From: a phage
Sequence record: PZ179880.1
Length of the DNA stretch: 64,000 nt
Strand: one strand, 5' to 3'
Shown: piece by piece, positions 22,963 through 32,820 of the stretch
How positions within the stretch are numbered: position 1 is the stretch's first letter
How the letters are laid out: each line of letters begins with the position of its first letter
Position numbers and translations under genes: made by a program
Notes under the pieces: generated by a model
Database searches by the model: none
What the model saw: only the letters and a program-made list of their open reading frames with translations
Told to the model about the DNA's origin: nothing

Positions 22963-24057
22963 ATGGCAATTGTTAAAGAAATAACTGCTGATTTAATTAA
23001 AAAGTCCGGTGAGAAAATTTCAGCCGGACAGAGCACTAAATCAGAAGTAGGAACTAAAACATACACTGCCCAGTTTCCAACTGGGCGTGCTAGTGGTAAT
23101 GACACTACAGGGGACTTCCAGGTAACAGATCTATATAAGAATGGATTATTATTTACTGCATACAATATGTCATCTAGGGATTCTGGAAGTCTTAGATCGA
23201 TGAGATCTAACTACTCTTCTTCATCTTCGAGTATTTTACGTACAGCCAGAAACACTATCAGTAATACAGTATCAAAACTGTCAAATGGATTAATATCAGA
23301 TAATAATTCAGGAACAATAAGTAAAGCTCCTGTTGCAAATATTCTTTTACCAAGATCTAAATCCGATGTTGATACATCATCACATAGATTTAATGATGTT
23401 CAAGAAAGTCTTATCAGCAGAGGCGGAGGTACTGCTACTGGTGTGCTAAGTAATATTGCTTCAACTGCAGTATTTGGGGCACTGGAAAGTATAACACAAG
23501 GTATAATGGCTGATAATAATGAACAGATTTATACGACAGCCAGAAGTATGTATGGTGGTGCTGAGAATAGAACTAAAGTGTTTACATGGGATTTGACTCC
23601 ACGTTCCACAGAAGATTTAATGGCTATTATTAATATCTATCAATATTTTAACTATTTTTCTTATGGTGAAACGGGTAAATCTCAATATGCTGCTGAAATA
23701 AAGGGGTATTTAGATGATTGGTATCGTTCTACGTTAATTGAACCTTTATCTCCGGAAGACGCAGCTAAAAATAAAACACTATTTGAGAAAATGACATCGA
23801 GTTTAACTAACGTTCTAGTAGTTTCAAACCCGACAATTTGGATGGTGAAAAACTTTGGTGCAACATCTAAGTTTGATGGAAAAACTGAAATATTTGGTCC
23901 ATGCCAAATACAGAGCATCAGATTTGATAAAACACCTAATGGTAACTTTAACGGATTAGCTATTGCTCCAAACCTCCCTAGTACATTTACTCTTGAGATT
24001 ACTATGAGAGAAATTATCACGTTAAACCGTGCTTCTTTATATGCGGGGACTTTTTAA
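22963..24057 (+). CDS. 48: Baseplate tail-tube cap protein gp48
   Basis: 364-aa ORF, T4 gp48 length and position. Confidence 0.92.
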   Translation: MAIVKEITADLIKKSGEKISAGQSTKSEVGTKTYTAQFPTGRASGNDTTGDFQVTDLYKNGLLFTAYNMSSRDSGSLRSMRSNYSSSSSSILRTARNTISNTVSKLSNGLISDNNSGTISKAPVANILLPRSKSDVDTSSHRFNDVQESLISRGGGTATGVLSNIASTAVFGALESITQGIMADNNEQIYTTARSMYGGAENRTKVFTWDLTPRSTEDLMAIINIYQYFNYFSYGETGKSQYAAEIKGYLDDWYRSTLIEPLSPEDAAKNKTLFEKMTSSLTNVLVVSNPTIWMVKNFGATSKFDGKTEIFGPCQIQSIRFDKTPNGNFNGLAIAPNLPSTFTLEITMREIITLNRASLYAGTF

Positions 24058-25022
24058 TGTATTCTTTAGAGGAATTTAATAATCAAGCAATAAACGCAGA
24101 TTTCCAACGTAATAATATGTTTAGCTGCGTTTTTGCGACAACTCCATCAACTAAAAGCTCTTCGTTGATAAGTTCAATTAGCAACTTTTCTTATAATAAC
24201 TTGGGCCTAAATTCAGATTGGTTAGGATTGACTCAAGGCGATATTAATCAGGGAATTACTACGCTAATTACTGCTGGCACACAAAAACTGATAAGAAAAT
24301 CAGGGGTTAGTAAATATCTTATTGGTGCCATGAGTCAACGTACAGTTCAAAGTTTATTAGGCTCATTTACAGTTGGTACATATTTAATTGACTTCTTTAA
24401 CATGGCATATAACTCATCTGGATTGATGATATACTCCGTAAAAATGCCAGAGAATAGATTATCCTATGAAACTGACTGGAACTATAATTCTCCTAATATT
24501 CGCATAACCGGAAGAGAATTAGACCCTTTGGTTATTTCATTTAGAATGGATTCAGAGTCGTGTAATTATCGTGCAATGCAAGACTGGGTTAACGCTGTTC
24601 AAGACCCAGTAACTGGACTGCGTGCTTTGCCGCAAGATGTCGAGGCAGACATTCAGGTTAATCTTCATGCTCGTAATGGATTACCTCATACTGCTGTGAT
24701 GTTCACTGGATGCATTCCAGTGTCAGTGAGCGCTCCTGAGTTATCATACGATGGAGATAACCAAATAACTACATTTGATGTTACTTTTGCGTATAGAGTC
24801 ATGCAGGCTGGAGCGGTTGATAGACAAGCTGCTCTTGAATGGCTTGAATCTGCTACTATAAACGGTATTCAAAGCGTTCTCGGAAATAGTGGAGGTGTTA
24901 CTGGACTATCTAATTCGCTTTCACGACTTAGTAGATTAGGAGGAACTGCAGGAAGCATTTCAAACATTAATACTATGACAGGAATTGTCAATTCGCAAAG
25001 TAAAATATTAGGAGCAATATAA
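24057..25022 (+). CDS. 54: Baseplate tail-tube initiator gp54
   Basis: 321-aa ORF; start overlaps the gp48 stop; terminator hairpin downstream. Confidence 0.92.
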   Translation: MYSLEEFNNQAINADFQRNNMFSCVFATTPSTKSSSLISSISNFSYNNLGLNSDWLGLTQGDINQGITTLITAGTQKLIRKSGVSKYLIGAMSQRTVQSLLGSFTVGTYLIDFFNMAYNSSGLMIYSVKMPENRLSYETDWNYNSPNIRITGRELDPLVISFRMDSESCNYRAMQDWVNAVQDPVTGLRALPQDVEADIQVNLHARNGLPHTAVMFTGCIPVSVSAPELSYDGDNQITTFDVTFAYRVMQAGAVDRQAALEWLESATINGIQSVLGNSGGVTGLSNSLSRLSRLGGTAGSISNINTMTGIVNSQSKILGAI

Positions 25023-25026
25023 CAAT

Positions 25027-25044
25027 GGGGACCGAAAGGTCCCC
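25027..25044. terminator. Bidirectional terminator between gene 54 (+) and the alt block (-)
   Basis: GGGGACC-GAAA-GGTCCCC followed by a T-run. Confidence 0.8.
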
Positions 25045-25050
25045 ATATTT

Positions 25051-25341
25051 TTATTTACGGAATGAAATAAAAGCAGCAACTGAAGCAACTAAACTGTCTT
25101 CAATATAAACTTCAATTTTTACCGGAGCTTCTGACTCAAATTTACCTGTTACTACACCTTGGAAAATGCTTTCAGTCTGTTCTGGCTTTGAAAAATTTTC
25201 AGAAGGAAAAATTCCGAACTTTTTATCTGTTCCAAAAATTTTGATAAATTCATCGTAAACCGCTTCATTAAAAGCGTTATCAGCAGGAATAACGCCTTCA
25301 ACTACGAGTTCTTGACCTAAAAAGCGCAAAGAAGATTTCAT
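25051..25341 (-). CDS. Hypothetical protein (T4 alt.-3 position)
   Basis: 96-aa ORF at the distal end of the leftward alt block, ending near the bidirectional terminator. Confidence 0.65.
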   Translation of the reverse strand: MKSSLRFLGQELVVEGVIPADNAFNEAVYDEFIKIFGTDKKFGIFPSENFSKPEQTESIFQGVVTGKFESEAPVKIEVYIEDSLVASVAAFISFRK

Positions 25342-25401
25342 TTTGTGTTCCTCATGTTATGTCAGTAAGATTATTATAACACAACACGAGGGACTTGTAA
25401 A

Positions 25402-27459
25402 CTACATCTTGAACTTTTTAGACATTCCGTTGATGTTAACCAAAGAAGCCAAGATTTGAGAAACTTCGTTTTCCTCTTCTTTTGATTCTTCTACAAGGAA
25501 TTGGTTAAATCCAGTCATTGGACGAACTTCACCAGTTTCCATCAGATGGTCACCATCATATACCGATTCTTCTAATTGTTCAGAAGGAGGAACGATTGTG
25601 CCTTCGATTAGATACTTATTATAAGCAGTTTCTTTCATCATGTACGTACTCACTTTATTAATCTTCAGCAAAATTCCACGCGGTAGAATAACTTCAGCTT
25701 CTGATGGAAATCCTGATAAATGACCTGGAACGATAACTTTGATTCGCTCAGCTCCTTTAATTACCATACCCACGCTAGTTTCAGCATCTTCATTGGCATA
25801 CGCAGAATGACTGCCCATATGCATCAAATCTTCAGCATCAACTGAACCTTCTCCTTCACCAGAAAATACTGTGCCGGAATCATCTAGGGCCATATAGTTT
25901 TTACCATACTCACCGAAGATATTTGGTTTAAGCGATGTGGATACGAAGTTCTTGAAATAGAACATTTTATTTTCAATATTATGACGTAAAGTTTTAAAGG
26001 TAACTTCTTGTCCACGGTAAAGTGTAGTTCCTGGAGGAAGAACTGATCCTTTGGCAAAGGCAGAATCCATTGTCTCGATGTGTTTAATAGCTCGTTCCAT
26101 ATATTCTTCACGAGTAGAATCTGGTTTACCTAAAAGGAATGAGTTCATTTCAACATATGAATCTGCACAATAATCTTCAATTACATCAGACTCAGCCTGA
26201 GTTAATCCTTTTGGAGTTACTTCAGTACTTGCATATTCATACGCTTGAGAAGCAGACTCATTAATCAATTTATAAACGCCATTCATGACAAATTGAATAA
26301 TAGCTACCTTTTCATCTGGCGTGGCTTTAGAACCTTTAACTAAATCATTGACAATTTTCTTAATAACATCAAAGCTATTAGAAATATTAATGTCAGCAAG
26401 ATCACTTAAAATTTTATCAGTTTTATAATCAAAAAATTCTTTATTCTTTAAATATTCTTGAGAACCTTGATATGTTATATCGCTCTGTAACTTGATAGAT
26501 GGATCACGTAAACGCGCATGAGCCAATGCAATATGATTTCGGAAGCTTTCTAATTCATAATCGCTAGATTTAAAACGGGAAGCACTTCTCATACCACCGA
26601 TAGCTCCTTTGCTGAAGTTTGAACCAACCTGAATAACGCCAGAGTTCATTGGTCCTTCTGCTTTATATACTGGAACTTTAGATTCAAACTCTTGATATTT
26701 CTTAGCAGCGAAGCTATCACCCTGAAGTGAAGCATCGACAGTAGAATATTGAGCTTGTGCTGCTAATCGACGACTAATTTTAGTTTTCTGAATAACAGCT
26801 TGATCCGTGCGCTTATCATTTTCTAAAGCAATAGAAGCAGCAACAGCGACAGCTTTAGGAACAGCATTGCCTGTTTTAACATCTACATAAACATCACCAA
26901 CCTTTGATTCAACTTTTGTGAATAACTCAGTTGAAATAGGAGGTACACCTGGAATGTCTTCTAAATTGGCATTTTTACGGTAAACCATAATATATGCATA
27001 TTTCTTATCATAGTCCCAGATTTCCTTTAAAAGAACATATCGACCTGCTCCTTTAGTACGTACTAAACGGTCGGCAATAACTTGCATTTGACGAGCTGCA
27101 CCGTTTGTTTTACTCTTTAGTACGCGGAATAAGCATGCGTCAATTTTGTACTGTTTCATTGTCTGAAGAGCAGTATCAAAAACCGCATTAATGACACCAA
27201 TTGGATTTCCACCCAAGTTTTTAAGTTTAACTAATGATAGTTTCTCATTAACACCTATCATTACGATATGCATCATTTTATCGCCTGGCTTAACGTTTTT
27301 ATTCGTATCACCGCCAGAGGTGTATGTACAAAATCTAAATCCAGGAAGCACGCTTTCTTCGCCTGCTTGAATAGCAAAAATTTGAGGTATTTTATGCTTA
27401 GGATTTAAGTTAACAACCGGCGCCGAAGCGCCGTCAAATAATTCTGTAATAAGTTCCAT
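25402..27459 (-). CDS. Alt-family mono-ADP-ribosyltransferase paralog (distal copy)
   Basis: 685-aa ORF; N-terminus MELITELFDG (capsid-targeting-like); C-terminal ART motifs YRGQ, FVSTSL, EAEVILPRG; 3-nt spacing from the upstream paralog. Confidence 0.85.
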   Translation of the reverse strand: MELITELFDGASAPVVNLNPKHKIPQIFAIQAGEESVLPGFRFCTYTSGGDTNKNVKPGDKMMHIVMIGVNEKLSLVKLKNLGGNPIGVINAVFDTALQTMKQYKIDACLFRVLKSKTNGAARQMQVIADRLVRTKGAGRYVLLKEIWDYDKKYAYIMVYRKNANLEDIPGVPPISTELFTKVESKVGDVYVDVKTGNAVPKAVAVAASIALENDKRTDQAVIQKTKISRRLAAQAQYSTVDASLQGDSFAAKKYQEFESKVPVYKAEGPMNSGVIQVGSNFSKGAIGGMRSASRFKSSDYELESFRNHIALAHARLRDPSIKLQSDITYQGSQEYLKNKEFFDYKTDKILSDLADINISNSFDVIKKIVNDLVKGSKATPDEKVAIIQFVMNGVYKLINESASQAYEYASTEVTPKGLTQAESDVIEDYCADSYVEMNSFLLGKPDSTREEYMERAIKHIETMDSAFAKGSVLPPGTTLYRGQEVTFKTLRHNIENKMFYFKNFVSTSLKPNIFGEYGKNYMALDDSGTVFSGEGEGSVDAEDLMHMGSHSAYANEDAETSVGMVIKGAERIKVIVPGHLSGFPSEAEVILPRGILLKINKVSTYMMKETAYNKYLIEGTIVPPSEQLEESVYDGDHLMETGEVRPMTGFNQFLVEESKEEENEVSQILASLVNINGMSKKFKM

Positions 27460-27462
27460 GAT

Positions 27463-29556
27463 TTATCCTTGAACGAACTTGTAAGGCATGTTTGTAATAT
27501 CTATGCAAGACGCAATAATTCCAAGAGATGATTCTACTTTCTGTTTAATATTTGATGAAACAAATGATGCAAAGTCAACTCTGTCTTCTATTTCAATATC
27601 ATCTGTCATTGCAACTACTTCGCCGGTTTCCATTAGACGGTCACCGTCATAAATTACTGATTCGGTGAGTTCTTCCGTAGTCATAACTTCAGCTTGAATG
27701 AGTTTTGTATTATTAGATGTTGTTCCGTCATTATTAGAAGCATCAGTTATTTTATTAACTTTGACCATCAATCCGCGTGGTAGAATAACTTCAGCTTCTG
27801 TTGCTATTCCGAGACTTCCTGGATATACAACATTAACTTTATGAGCTCCATCAATAGCCCATCCTATTTGAACTTTAACGTATTCAGGATTTTCTTTATA
27901 CGCTCTTATTTCGTTTGGATTAATAGTTATTCCTTCTTCATTTTTATCAACTGTTAATTCATTGCGAGCTTCTGGTTCTAAAAGACCGATACCAGCATGT
28001 GTAATTCCAAAACGTCCAAAAATGATAGGAGTTAAAGAAGTAGATACAAAATTTCTGAAATAGAACACTTTATTTTTAACTAGTGCTTCGTATATAGGAG
28101 CAGTCATACTTTGAGCACGATAAACTGTAATGCCTTCTGGTATACGGTCACCATTTTCAAAAGCTGAATCTAAATTATTTATCGCAGATTCAATTTCTTT
28201 TTCACTCATTACATCATATCGTTCTGGATTGTAGCGGCCTAAAAGAAGATTATTGATGTCAGTATATCCTGATCCACAATATTCTCTAATGCCGCGCTTT
28301 TGTGATGGAGTATATTTAGAACCATCACGGGCAATAGTAATATCAATCATTGGACCTGCACCAATTCCAGAAAAGCTATAAATCATTCGTTTGAGGAATT
28401 TAGTTTTTGCTGCGTTCCAGGAATTTTTAGTTATTTCTTCCCAGACTTCATCTGGCTGCCCTTTACGAGTTTTATTATGTTTATCAAGCCAATTATCTTT
28501 ATATTCTTCAAAGAATTGATTAACAGCTGCTGCGTATTTCTCTAAACATTTTATTGAAGTAGTTGGTTCATTTTTAATCGCATTAAGAATTACATCTTTA
28601 ATTTTTTCAGAAACTTCATTAACCTCACTTTTTGAAAAGAATTTATAATCATAGTGAAGTTCATCTGCAGTTCCTTCGGCAATAATTTTTGCTGCCTTAG
28701 TTTTAGAAGCTAATGAATTAATTCCAAGTTTCATTTCTTCTGCTTCAGGAATTAAAGGAGCTGTAGCAGGTTTATTGAAATTAGCTGCGGTAGATTCATA
28801 CTTCTGGAATAATTCACTTTCAAATCTAGAAGATTCTAATGATTGACTTTGCGCAATTGCTCTACGGGAAATTTTAACTTTAACGATTACAGCTTGGTCA
28901 GAACGTTTATCATTTTCTTGTGCAATAGATGCTGCAATTGCCTCATTTTTAGTTACTTGAGCTCCAGTATCTTTATTGATATAAACATCACCGACCTTCG
29001 ATTCAACTTTAGTAAAGAGCTCGGTACTAATTTCAGGAACTCCTGGAATGTCTTCTAATGATACATTTTTGCGATGTATAAGAATATATGCATACTTTTT
29101 ATCGTAATCCCAGAGTTCCTTAAGAAGGACGTATCTGCCACCTGAGCGACTACGAATAAGTCTATCAGCAATAACTTGAATTTGTCGAGCTTGACCGGCA
29201 GTTTTAGACTTAAGAATACGGAGCATGCAGGCATCAATTTTATACTGACGCATCGTCTGCATCGCAACAGTAAAAACTGAATTGATGTAATTAATTGGGC
29301 TTGGACCGAGACCTTTTAATTTAGCAATTGAACCTTTAGCAGTTAATGTAAAAGGAACAATATGCATCATTTTATCGCCCATTTTTAAATCGCGATTAGT
29401 ATCACCTCCAGATGTATAGGTACATAAACGAAAACCTGGTTGTTCAATTGCGTCATCAACATGAACTGAAAAAATTTGCGGTATTTTCTTCTTTGGATTT
29501 AAGTTTGTAATCGGAAGAGTAGTATCTTCGTCAAATAATTCTGTAATGAGTTCCAT
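27463..29556 (-). CDS. alt: Alt ADP-ribosyltransferase (copy proximal to gene 30)
   Basis: 697-aa from the second Met (MELITELFDE); ART motifs YRAQ, FVSTSL, EAEVILPRG; late promoter and RBS upstream; which copy is orthologous to T4 alt is uncertain. Confidence 0.85.
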   Translation of the reverse strand: MELITELFDEDTTLPITNLNPKKKIPQIFSVHVDDAIEQPGFRLCTYTSGGDTNRDLKMGDKMMHIVPFTLTAKGSIAKLKGLGPSPINYINSVFTVAMQTMRQYKIDACMLRILKSKTAGQARQIQVIADRLIRSRSGGRYVLLKELWDYDKKYAYILIHRKNVSLEDIPGVPEISTELFTKVESKVGDVYINKDTGAQVTKNEAIAASIAQENDKRSDQAVIVKVKISRRAIAQSQSLESSRFESELFQKYESTAANFNKPATAPLIPEAEEMKLGINSLASKTKAAKIIAEGTADELHYDYKFFSKSEVNEVSEKIKDVILNAIKNEPTTSIKCLEKYAAAVNQFFEEYKDNWLDKHNKTRKGQPDEVWEEITKNSWNAAKTKFLKRMIYSFSGIGAGPMIDITIARDGSKYTPSQKRGIREYCGSGYTDINNLLLGRYNPERYDVMSEKEIESAINNLDSAFENGDRIPEGITVYRAQSMTAPIYEALVKNKVFYFRNFVSTSLTPIIFGRFGITHAGIGLLEPEARNELTVDKNEEGITINPNEIRAYKENPEYVKVQIGWAIDGAHKVNVVYPGSLGIATEAEVILPRGLMVKVNKITDASNNDGTTSNNTKLIQAEVMTTEELTESVIYDGDRLMETGEVVAMTDDIEIEDRVDFASFVSSNIKQKVESSLGIIASCIDITNMPYKFVQG

Positions 29557-29579
29557 CATATCCTCTCTAGTGTTTATTC

Positions 29580-29587
29580 TATTTATA
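29580..29587 (-). promoter_or_regulatory. T4-type late promoter for alt
   Basis: Minus-strand TATAAATA ~25 nt upstream of the alt ATG, directly after a terminator hairpin. Confidence 0.65.
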
Positions 29588-29592
29588 AAATT

Positions 29593-29610
29593 AAAGGCCC
29601 GAAGGCCTTT
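29593..29610 (-). terminator. Terminator between the gene 30 operon and alt
   Basis: AAAGGCC-CGAA-GGCCTTT overlapping the stop of the 62-aa ORF. Confidence 0.7.
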
Positions 29611-29797
29611 AATAATCTATTGGTAAGAGAGTACGATATATTTCAAACTTTGGACCTTTTTCATAAGCATCAAATGTTTCTGTGAATTTATTATAAGCAT
29701 ATGCATCTATAAATTCAATCATAATTTGTGATACAGAAGTAGAAACATCTCCACCTTCTTTTTGAGCAACGACAATTGTTTCTAAGTAAGCTTTCAT
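29609..29797 (-). CDS. Hypothetical small protein
   Basis: 62-aa ORF; ATG overlaps the gene 30 stop (ATGA); followed by a terminator hairpin. Confidence 0.6.
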   Translation of the reverse strand: MKAYLETIVVAQKEGGDVSTSVSQIMIEFIDAYAYNKFTETFDAYEKGPKFEIYRTLLPIDY

Positions 29798-31254
29798 AGA
29801 CCAGTTACCTCATGAAAATCACCAAATACATCCTCGAATGTATTAGCTTTAGTTTTATCTTCGCGTAAACGAATCGCAATCGGAAGAAATAATTTTACGT
29901 AATCAGTGCGGCCATCAGATTTTAACCAACCATTACATTCGCACTCTAGAATTTTTCCAATATAATAATTTTGGTTTTCCATAATGCGAGTACGGTCAAG
30001 TTCATGTGATTTTACACCGGCTTTATCTTTTAAGCCTGAACCTGCATTTACTTTAATTTTTCCACACTCTGATTCAAGAATAAATCCACCCGCTTTAGTA
30101 GGGTCTTTACGGTGAGGATAAATTCCTACAATTTTTAAATCAACATCAATTACTTCTTTAAATTTATAGAGATTTTTTGAACGAGCATTTTCCCACAATC
30201 CATCGGTATTTTTGAGAATAATACCTTCAAGACCTTGGTCAATATATTTTTTATAAATTACCTTAGCTTCATCTAGGTTATTTACTACCTGGTTTTCAAT
30301 TAAAATTACTTTATCATATCCTGATGCCATTTGTTCTAGTTTAGAAAAACGTACATCATATTTTAAACGAAACGCCGGAAGACCGTATATTTCTACCAAC
30401 GGAACATAATCCCAGACCTGAAACTTCATGCATTGAGCTTCTTTTTCCGAAATAGTTCCCTTTAAAGATTTATTAGCGATTCCATTAGAAGCAGTACGAG
30501 ATTCAGCTACTTCTGTGAAGTCTTTAGCTTTGCTAATTTCAGGAGTGTTAAAAAGAAAATCTAGGCCTTCTGGTTCCTTTTCAACTTGCTCATGGTATAC
30601 CAATTCGCCATCAATTAACACACCTTCTGGATGAATCTGGCGGGCTTCAGCAGTCATTTTGATTAACTCTTCCTTAAGAAGATCTAATCCTAGATATTCA
30701 TTGCCAGCTCGCGATAAAAGACGAACATCATCTAATTCATCGCCTCGGACTTCAGCAAAACACCGAGCTCCATCTGCTTTTAACTGTGCAAAGGCTGGAA
30801 ATTTGATATTCTTACTAATGCCTTTTTCATCATAAGAACTTGCCAGCATTTGAGGTTGTTCAGGAATTAAACCTGGCCAAACTTTGTTTGCAATAGATAC
30901 TGAAGCACCACATTCAAGGTCTCGCATCATAACTCGACGCAAAACTTCAACATCATCCTTTTTACCATCGGTGATATATCCAGTTAATTCCTCAATTGCT
31001 GCATTGCCAGTTAATTTCCGAGTAGCTAACGTGAATTCAATGAAGTCAAGCATATCGGTAATAGTCAACATTCCAAAACTCTGGGTAGCAATACCAGGTT
31101 TAGGCCATTTCTTGATATAATACTGTAACCCACGAGAATAAGTCAGACGATATACTCGTTTAAGCAATTCATTATCTTTATTCTTTTCAAGAATTGCTTG
31201 CTTCTGTTTAGTTGATCCAATAGATGCTATTTCATTCAGAATTTTAAGAATCAT
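29794..31254 (-). CDS. 30: ATP-dependent DNA ligase gp30
   Basis: 486-aa ORF; adenylation-site motif KADGAR; sequence matches recalled T4 DNA ligase. Confidence 0.95.
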   Translation of the reverse strand: MILKILNEIASIGSTKQKQAILEKNKDNELLKRVYRLTYSRGLQYYIKKWPKPGIATQSFGMLTITDMLDFIEFTLATRKLTGNAAIEELTGYITDGKKDDVEVLRRVMMRDLECGASVSIANKVWPGLIPEQPQMLASSYDEKGISKNIKFPAFAQLKADGARCFAEVRGDELDDVRLLSRAGNEYLGLDLLKEELIKMTAEARQIHPEGVLIDGELVYHEQVEKEPEGLDFLFNTPEISKAKDFTEVAESRTASNGIANKSLKGTISEKEAQCMKFQVWDYVPLVEIYGLPAFRLKYDVRFSKLEQMASGYDKVILIENQVVNNLDEAKVIYKKYIDQGLEGIILKNTDGLWENARSKNLYKFKEVIDVDLKIVGIYPHRKDPTKAGGFILESECGKIKVNAGSGLKDKAGVKSHELDRTRIMENQNYYIGKILECECNGWLKSDGRTDYVKLFLPIAIRLREDKTKANTFEDVFGDFHEVTGL

Positions 31255-31520
31255 TGCTCATCCTTCAAGGTTTGGTTTACAGCTCTATTATAAATCAATT
31301 CATCATTAAGCTCAGGCAAAGACCTATGATATGTAGTTCTAACTTTATTTCCTTGCATCCAGTGCTTGACGTAAATGAAACCTTGCTCTACACATTTTTT
31401 AAAAATTCGTTCGTCTTTTTGAGCTCGGAATTCTGGATTGCATCTAAAAAATTGATTTACGTGACCGTAATCACGTGTAGTATTACCTTCATTTTCATAA
31501 ATAGTATGAACAACAAACAT
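31251..31520 (-). CDS. Hypothetical protein (30.x block)
   Basis: 89-aa ORF overlapping the gene 30 start by 4 nt; co-oriented. Confidence 0.65.
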   Translation of the reverse strand: MFVVHTIYENEGNTTRDYGHVNQFFRCNPEFRAQKDERIFKKCVEQGFIYVKHWMQGNKVRTTYHRSLPELNDELIYNRAVNQTLKDEQ

Positions 31521-32359
31521 TAGAATGCTCCTTGAAAAATATTATCACCACTAGTAGGTCTATTATACAAATACTCTATGCCACCAGGTTTAATATAGTT
31601 CCATGTCTGAAACGGATGTGTCTGATATGGATGATATGGATGATTATAAGGATTAAATCCAGGCGTTCTCCAGGTAGTATTCCAAGGAAAAGAATTGTTT
31701 TTAACCATTTTCTCAATTGCATCTTTTATAGCTTTTTCACTATCAAAACTTTCTTTATTTTCCTTTGGTGAAAAAAGCTTATTTTCTACATCATTCCATG
31801 TATAAACTCGCTGCGCAGTTTTTGGAATATTGTCACGCTCTCCTCGAGCCATCCAATAAACTGGAACATTTAATATTTCACTCGCATGATCGCAGTGATG
31901 AGCGAGATCGTCAATATAACAAATTACGTTATATTTCTCTTTTGCCTTTTTGAACAGCTCTTCTTTTGAAGAATCATGACCACACATCATTACTTCTGAG
32001 AAGGCACCGGGAAAAAGAGCATTCAAATTAAATTGACGATTCAACAGAGCGTCAATAGAATCACCCAATGCTGTAACAGCTACAAAATTATAATCTTCCT
32101 TTAATTTGTTAATTACACACAGGGCATCTTTATACGGAGACAAGTAACGAATAAAATCTGAACGATTGTATTTTTCAATTAACTTGACGCCAAGTTCTTC
32201 GTCACAATTAAAGAGTTTACCTGGAGAAATAAATTTCTCATCTTGGATCATTTTTAAAATATGTTCTAATGGAAGATTATATTTCTGAGCAAAATAAGGA
32301 AGGCCTGATTGCCAGCTTAAACATACTCCATCAATATCAGTCAAAATAGTTGGCTTCAT
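31520..32359 (-). CDS. HAD-superfamily phosphatase-like protein (T4 30.2 position)
   Basis: 279-aa ORF; N-terminal DxDGV motif (ILTDIDGVCL) typical of HAD phosphatases/deoxyribonucleotidases; Pro/Tyr/His-rich C-terminal tail. Confidence 0.75.
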   Translation of the reverse strand: MKPTILTDIDGVCLSWQSGLPYFAQKYNLPLEHILKMIQDEKFISPGKLFNCDEELGVKLIEKYNRSDFIRYLSPYKDALCVINKLKEDYNFVAVTALGDSIDALLNRQFNLNALFPGAFSEVMMCGHDSSKEELFKKAKEKYNVICYIDDLAHHCDHASEILNVPVYWMARGERDNIPKTAQRVYTWNDVENKLFSPKENKESFDSEKAIKDAIEKMVKNNSFPWNTTWRTPGFNPYNHPYHPYQTHPFQTWNYIKPGGIEYLYNRPTSGDNIFQGAF

Positions 32360-32820
32360 AGAGAGTCTCTTAATAGGTTTAACACATCAATAAATTCAGC
32401 TTCGGTTAATATTGTATCATCTTTTGTTAGACCACTAGCCATGCTGTGCTTCAAAACTTTTCCTTTCGAGGCTTGTAATGCATCACGAAAGCCCTTGTTT
32501 TGGATCGCTGCTTCAAAGTATGCATTTGTGTATAATTCTTTCCACGCTGGAGAGTATCTTGAAAACGGAACTCCAAGCCAGAAGAGGGTCCCACGGTCTT
32601 GAGCTCTAGCATAAGACCTTCCAGCTTGTTGGGCGGCAAGCCCGGATAACCCAAATATACGACGTTGTTGTTCAACATTTTTCACCTTACATCCTTGAAG
32701 GAATCCTTCGAGACCTCCAAATTGGATACCATCCATAACGAAAGGCCATTGGGCGAAATTGCTTAATGCACATGATGGCCATCTAAAATTGCTTCTTATC
32801 TCTAGCTCAGACATTTTCAA
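32356..32820 (-). CDS. NADAR (YbiA-like) domain protein (T4 30.3 position)
   Basis: 154-aa ORF; motif LSNFAQWPFVMDGIQFGGLEGFLQGCK resembles the NADAR/YbiA signature (SNFA.WP...DG...E.F.Q..K). Confidence 0.75.
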   Translation of the reverse strand: MKMSELEIRSNFRWPSCALSNFAQWPFVMDGIQFGGLEGFLQGCKVKNVEQQRRIFGLSGLAAQQAGRSYARAQDRGTLFWLGVPFSRYSPAWKELYTNAYFEAAIQNKGFRDALQASKGKVLKHSMASGLTKDDTILTEAEFIDVLNLLRDSL

